Below the pieces are notes generated by a model. It ran no database searches. It was not told where the DNA came from and saw nothing but the letters and a program-made list of their open reading frames with translations. Below, piece after piece: positions 59,503 to 64,000 of a stretch of DNA of 64,000 nt. The stretch comes from Nannocystales bacterium (GTDB taxonomy: Bacteria > Myxococcota_A > Polyangia > Nannocystales > Nannocystaceae): NCBI GenBank assembly GCA_050633305.1, contig JBOEGF010000018.1, positions 224,001-288,000 of the forward strand, written 5' to 3'. Both the position numbers and the translations under genes were made by a program. Every line of letters begins with the position of its first letter. Within the stretch, counting starts at the first letter, position 1.

Positions 59503-62172
59503 ATGGCGACGGATGACCTCACGCCCCCCGGCGACGCGGGCTTGGATGACACCCTCGCTGCTGTATCGGAGGAGCGGGCCCAGCCGGAGACCTCGCCCGA
59601 GCGCTCGCCAAGCCAGCAGAAATTGCACGAGGAGGTCCGTGGTCGGCTGTTCGAGGGGCGAGAGCCTCGCCATTCGCTGGAGCCCGGGACCACGATCGCC
59701 GGGCGTTACCGCATCGTCGAGCTGCTGGGCGCCGGAGGAATGGGAGAGGTCTTTCGCGCCCGGGACCTGGTGCTGGGCGAGGATGTCGCGGTCAAATTCC
59801 TTCCCGAGGACCGAGCGACGGACGAAGGTTTCATGGGTCGCTTCGTCAACGAGGTCCGCCTCGCGAGGCAGATCTCCCATCCCTCGGTCTGCCGCGTGCA
59901 CGACATCGGGGAGGTCGACGGCCGGGCGTTCCTCTCGATGGAGTACATCGATGGTGAGGACTTGGCCTCGCTGCTCCGGCGAATTGGGCGCCTTCCACCC
60001 GAAAAGGCGTACGAACTCGCACAACAACTCTGCGCAGGTCTCTCCGAGCTCCACGAAGCGGGACTCCTGCACCGTGACCTCAAGCCCGCCAACCTGATGA
60101 TCGACGGTCAGGGGCGTCTGAAGCTCGCGGACTTTGGGCTGGCCGCCGTGCGGGGGGAACTCAACGCCCACGAGTTCGGCGACGGAACGCCCGCATACAT
60201 GGCACCCGAGCAGCTGGACGGGCGTGAGGTCTCGGAACGCTCGGACATCTACGCCCTTGGGGTGGTTCTGTACGAGCTGCTCTCTGGACGCCACCCATTC
60301 GAGGCGCGAGAGGGCACGCTCAGTGGCGAGCGCGGGAGCATCGACCGCACTGCGCCGGCCGTCGCGCTCAGCGCTCGTGTGACGGGGTTGGCCGAGGACA
60401 CACTCGAGATCATCGACCGCTGTCTCGAGACCTCGCCTCGGATGCGGCCGGCCTCGGTGCTCGACGTCGCGGCGGCGCTACCGGGAGGAGATCCCATCGC
60501 GGCGGCGCTCCGTGCTGGCCGTGCCCCTTCGGTGGATGCGCTCGCCAACGTCGAGTCCGGAACGCAGTTGAAGCCTTGGGCCGCATGGACGCTGGCCGGT
60601 TTCTCCCTGCTGGTGGTGCTCGTGTTCGCCGTGTTGTCGCCGGCGCACACGCTCTGGGGGGCAGCGTCTCCCAAGCTCGCGCCGGCCGTTCTCGAAGACC
60701 GCGCTCGTGCGACTGTGGAACAGCTTGGACTCGAGCACCCCGGCGGTGGCTCGATGCACCGGCTTCTCTACGAGGACAGCTACCTTCAAGCTCCGCCTCC
60801 TCGTGTGCATCCTGGGGATGCCGGGCCTGTTCCGGTTCTGTTCGAGTATCGGGCCTCGCCCAGGTCGCTCGCTCGGCGTGGGGCGGCCGCGACCCACGAC
60901 GATCCCGCGATGACTACGCCGGGTGAGGTCCGGGTGACGCTCGACGTTCGCGGATACTTGCGAGCATTCGAACGTGTCGCGGATGGCCCAGCGGAGGGGG
61001 ATGCCTCGGCCGCCAACTGGGCTGCCGCATTCGAGCTCGCCGGGTTGTCCGAAGTTGAACCGGTGGTGCCCGAGGGGATGCCGAGTGGAGTCCACGACCG
61101 CCGTGAGGCGTGGACGGCACGCCCGGTTGGATTCGAGAATCGGGTCCGGGTGGACGCCGGGAGCTGGCGTGGACACCCGGTGTGGTTCGAGGTCTCAGCT
61201 CCCTGGGCGGTCGAGCGAGCCGCGCCTATGCCGAGCGGGGAGGTGTCCTCCGGTGTGGCGCGGGCGCTGTTGAGTCTGTTCATCCTCGGCGTCGTTCTGT
61301 TGGCCCGTCGTCTGTACCGTCGCGGAGAGGTGGACTCGCGGGGGGCGGTTCGCGTGGCAACGGTTCTCGCGGTGAGCGTGACCATCTCGACGCTGCTGAC
61401 TTCGGTCGTCGGAAAGTCCAGCGGGGTCGAGACCTTTGGTGGAGCGCTGCAAGAAGGTCTGCTCGTGGGTGGGTTTGGCCTGCTCGGGTACGCCGTTGTG
61501 GAGCCGTATGGCCGCCGGTTCCTGCCCGCCGCGATGGTGTCGTGGGTTCGGGTGACCCGGGGCCGGTGGAGGGATCCCCTCGTTGGCCGGGACCTGCTCC
61601 TGGGAATGGCGTTCGGCGCCTTGATCGGTGTGGCCGTCTTGGTGCGCATGCTGTGGGTGGGGGATGGGCCTGCAGCGCTCCCGGTTCGCCTCGATGCACT
61701 GTTGGGTCTTGGGCCTGCTGCGGGACTGGGCCTCGGCGCGGTTTGGGGCGGTGCCTTTGGCGTGATGCAGGTTTACGTGATGTTCCTGTTCTTACGCTGG
61801 GCGGTTCGCAGGACCTCCGTCGCCGTCGGGCTGTTCTTCTTGCTGTGGACGGCGGTGGAGTTGCTCCGGTTCACGCGGCCAGACTTGAGCCCGACAGACT
61901 GGGCCGTTGGGATCGTGGGGGGCATCCTCGTGGCCGCGATCCTCGGCATTCTGATCGTCCGGGTCGGCCTGCTCGCCCTGACCGCCGCGCAGGTCCTGCT
62001 CAATGTTTTGGTGAGCTTTCCGCTGAGCGTCGAGCTGAGCGGCTGGTACGGGACCGCGACCGGGGTCGCCACCGCGTTGGTGCTGGCCCTGTTGGCAGGC
62101 TCCCTGTACGTCGCACTCGGCCGGGCCCATGCGAGTGACCGAGTCAGTCGGACGTCCCGAACCCGGGCATAA
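59503..62172 (+). CDS. Ser/Thr protein kinase with extracytoplasmic domain and polytopic C-terminal membrane region
   Basis: LGAGGMGEV, VAVKFL, HRDLKPAN, DFGLA, GTPAYMAPE; one TM, a loop of about 200 aa, then about 8-9 TM. Confidence 0.93.
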   Translation: MATDDLTPPGDAGLDDTLAAVSEERAQPETSPERSPSQQKLHEEVRGRLFEGREPRHSLEPGTTIAGRYRIVELLGAGGMGEVFRARDLVLGEDVAVKFLPEDRATDEGFMGRFVNEVRLARQISHPSVCRVHDIGEVDGRAFLSMEYIDGEDLASLLRRIGRLPPEKAYELAQQLCAGLSELHEAGLLHRDLKPANLMIDGQGRLKLADFGLAAVRGELNAHEFGDGTPAYMAPEQLDGREVSERSDIYALGVVLYELLSGRHPFEAREGTLSGERGSIDRTAPAVALSARVTGLAEDTLEIIDRCLETSPRMRPASVLDVAAALPGGDPIAAALRAGRAPSVDALANVESGTQLKPWAAWTLAGFSLLVVLVFAVLSPAHTLWGAASPKLAPAVLEDRARATVEQLGLEHPGGGSMHRLLYEDSYLQAPPPRVHPGDAGPVPVLFEYRASPRSLARRGAAATHDDPAMTTPGEVRVTLDVRGYLRAFERVADGPAEGDASAANWAAAFELAGLSEVEPVVPEGMPSGVHDRREAWTARPVGFENRVRVDAGSWRGHPVWFEVSAPWAVERAAPMPSGEVSSGVARALLSLFILGVVLLARRLYRRGEVDSRGAVRVATVLAVSVTISTLLTSVVGKSSGVETFGGALQEGLLVGGFGLLGYAVVEPYGRRFLPAAMVSWVRVTRGRWRDPLVGRDLLLGMAFGALIGVAVLVRMLWVGDGPAALPVRLDALLGLGPAAGLGLGAVWGGAFGVMQVYVMFLFLRWAVRRTSVAVGLFFLLWTAVELLRFTRPDLSPTDWAVGIVGGILVAAILGILIVRVGLLALTAAQVLLNVLVSFPLSVELSGWYGTATGVATALVLALLAGSLYVALGRAHASDRVSRTSRTRA

Positions 62173-62212
62173 AAAAAGACGCCGACCCGCTCATCCTAAG
62201 CAGGCCAGCGCC
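62171..62212 (-). terminator. Intrinsic terminator for the 62238-63863 gene
   Basis: Minus strand GGCGCTGGCCTGCTT-AGGAT-GAGCGGGTCGGCGTC (15-bp stem including G-U pairs) followed by T7. Confidence 0.75.
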
Positions 62213-62237
62213 ACGAAATGGAAGCTGTGCTGGGTTG

Positions 62238-63863
62238 TTATGGGGCGATGCGAGCGACCCAGGCATCGCGGGTCCCGCTAGGACCTGTCAGGGCACCGGT
62301 GATGGCGATCGAGTTGTCCTCGAGCACGGTGACGTCTTGGACGGTGTCCGCACCTTGGTCGGCATCGCCCGCGTAGGTCTGTGCCCAAAGGCGGGTTCCG
62401 GCGGAGTCGTACTTCACGATGAGGCCATCGAAATCCCAGTCGAGGACAGGCCCAGAGCGGAGCGACCCAACGATGAAGACGTTGCCCTCGGAGTCGATCG
62501 CCGTCGCTCTGACGATCACGGTGTCATCACCGGGGTGGTCGTAGAGCGTGTCCCAAGCCAGCGACCCGTCGGTATTGAAGCTGGAGATCAGGACCTGATT
62601 GTCCGCGCTGCCAGAGGTGGTATTCGCTGCGACGAACTGCTCTGCACCATTGATCGCGACGGAGGACTCGACCCACTGGGAGAGGTCTCCACTGGGCGGA
62701 AGGTCGTAGAAGGTCCGGTACTCGAGGGTCCCCGTGGCCGTGAATCGTGAGAGCGTGGCTTCGAGCCCCGCCCCGACGTCGACCGCACCGATCACGATGA
62801 CGCTGTCGTCACCCGCGGCCAGGACGCCGCCGTCGTAGATCGCCAAGTTGGAGGGACTGAAGTGGGTCTGGGTGCCCGTGTTGTCCACAACGAACCACTG
62901 CGTGGGGTCGAGCGAGTTGTCTCGGTGCAGGTAGATGCCGCCTCCATCGGGACGCCGCACGACGTCGGTCGCGTCGATGGCCTCGACGCTCCAATCGATG
63001 AAGTGGTCCCCCGAGTATGCGAACACATCGTCGGGATTGGTGGTGAAGCTCGTCGAGATCCAGCTGAGCAGGTAGCCCCCACTCGGATCGATGCTTTGGA
63101 CCCCAAGGTCGACGGAGTTGGGAGCGCTGTTGATGTGGACCTCTTCGCCTAGAGGACTCCCGTCGAGGGTGTAGTCGGTGAGGAGGAGCTGCTGGGTGAA
63201 CTCCGTGGGCTCGGACCGGCGGCCGACACGAATCGAACCATCGTCGAGGGCGGCGATCGAGTACCCAATGTCGTCGGACTTTGCACCGATGGAGGTTTCT
63301 GTGACCTCCCACAGCGTTGCGCCCGAAACGACGCAGTCGATGTTGCAGCCGTTGCCGTTGACCGCATCACCATCGTCACACGCTTCGAACTCGGCGTCGG
63401 TGTTCCCATCGCCGCAATACGCGCCCTGAGCTTCGCATCCGGCGGCACAGAAGCCATAAGACCCGTTGTCGTCTCCGTCGTCGCAGAGCTCGTCTCCGTC
63501 AACCTGACCATCACCGCAGACGGGATCGGCCCCCGTGGTGTCGTCCCCGGTGGTTTCGTCCCCAGTGGTTTCGTCCCCAGTGGTTTCGTCCCCCGTGGTG
63601 TCGGCCCCCGTGGTGTCGGCCCCCGTGGTGTCGGCCCCCGTGGTGTCGCCCCCTGTGGTGTCAGCGCCAGTGGTGTCAGCGCCAGTGGTGTCAGCGCCAG
63701 TGGTGTCAGCGCCGGTGGGGTCGTCGTCGGTGGGGGCGTCGGTGGGGTCCGCGTCCGAGGAAGTCGACCCCGTGCTGCCCTCGTCGGTGTCAGTCGAGGA
63801 TGCTGGATCTGCGTCACAGGCCAGAAGCAGAAGCGGCAGCAAGCAGGCGAGGTCTCTCGTCAT
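62238..63863 (-). CDS. Lipoprotein with DTTG stalk, Myxococcus Cys-rich repeats and C-terminal beta-propeller-like region
   Basis: Lipobox LLAC; CGDG..D..E.CDDG twice; A.DSEGNVFIVG and KYDS.G..LW blades. Confidence 0.85.
   Translation of the reverse strand: MTRDLACLLPLLLLACDADPASSTDTDEGSTGSTSSDADPTDAPTDDDPTGADTTGADTTGADTTGADTTGGDTTGADTTGADTTGADTTGDETTGDETTGDETTGDDTTGADPVCGDGQVDGDELCDDGDDNGSYGFCAAGCEAQGAYCGDGNTDAEFEACDDGDAVNGNGCNIDCVVSGATLWEVTETSIGAKSDDIGYSIAALDDGSIRVGRRSEPTEFTQQLLLTDYTLDGSPLGEEVHINSAPNSVDLGVQSIDPSGGYLLSWISTSFTTNPDDVFAYSGDHFIDWSVEAIDATDVVRRPDGGGIYLHRDNSLDPTQWFVVDNTGTQTHFSPSNLAIYDGGVLAAGDDSVIVIGAVDVGAGLEATLSRFTATGTLEYRTFYDLPPSGDLSQWVESSVAINGAEQFVAANTTSGSADNQVLISSFNTDGSLAWDTLYDHPGDDTVIVRATAIDSEGNVFIVGSLRSGPVLDWDFDGLIVKYDSAGTRLWAQTYAGDADQGADTVQDVTVLEDNSIAITGALTGPSGTRDAWVARIAP
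63526..63716 (-). repeat. 15-bp tandem repeat, about 12 copies encoding (A/G/D)(D/E)TTG
   Basis: Plus-strand units gtggtgtcagcgcca, gtggtgtcggccccc and gtggtttcgtcccca in consecutive blocks. Confidence 0.95.
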
Positions 63864-64000
63864 CGCGGGCCCTGTCGGCCACCGCGGCTCGGCGTTGCAG
63901 AAAAAAGCGACCGCCGGTCAAAAAACTACAGCGCAGCCCACGCGACGGCCGGGAACCCGGATGTCCCGGCCTCGTCGTAGTAGTTCTCTAGAGCCACTTT

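Noticed and set aside
63526..63716. Tandem repeat considered as a CRISPR array
   Set aside because: Contiguous 15-bp in-frame coding units with no spacers, and no cas genes in the window.

Overview
GC-rich, densely coding window with about 50 protein genes. I found no rRNA, tRNA, CRISPR array, transposase or integrase. The content points to a myxobacterium, possibly Nannocystaceae-like (inference): three Hanks-type Ser/Thr kinases, a MYXO-CTERM metallopeptidase, Myxococcus-type Cys-rich repeats and many lipoproteins with Thr/Ser/Asp-rich stalks. Recognisable housekeeping genes are ahcY with a divergent LysR, an E1alpha-E1beta-E2-E3 2-oxoacid dehydrogenase operon, clpS-clpA, an MBOAT+SGNH O-acylation pair and a sugar ABC permease pair. 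Main observations: (1) both E1 subunits of the 2-oxoacid dehydrogenase operon have lost essential ThDP/catalytic residues but remain intact, coupled ORFs beside normal E2 and E3, suggesting a pseudoenzyme E1; (2) a tightly coupled four-gene operon of unknown function (class II amidotransferase, membrane AMMECR1-like/alpha-toroid protein, small partner, HTTM protein); (3) a TIR-like/TM/DUF1566-like candidate receptor; (4) a FemAB-like GNAT gene divergent from clpS-clpA; (5) repeated TANNNT boxes 6-9 nt upstream of start codons, consistent with leaderless mRNAs; (6) a fused solute-binding protein/permease. All family calls are from motif recognition by eye; no database searches were run.
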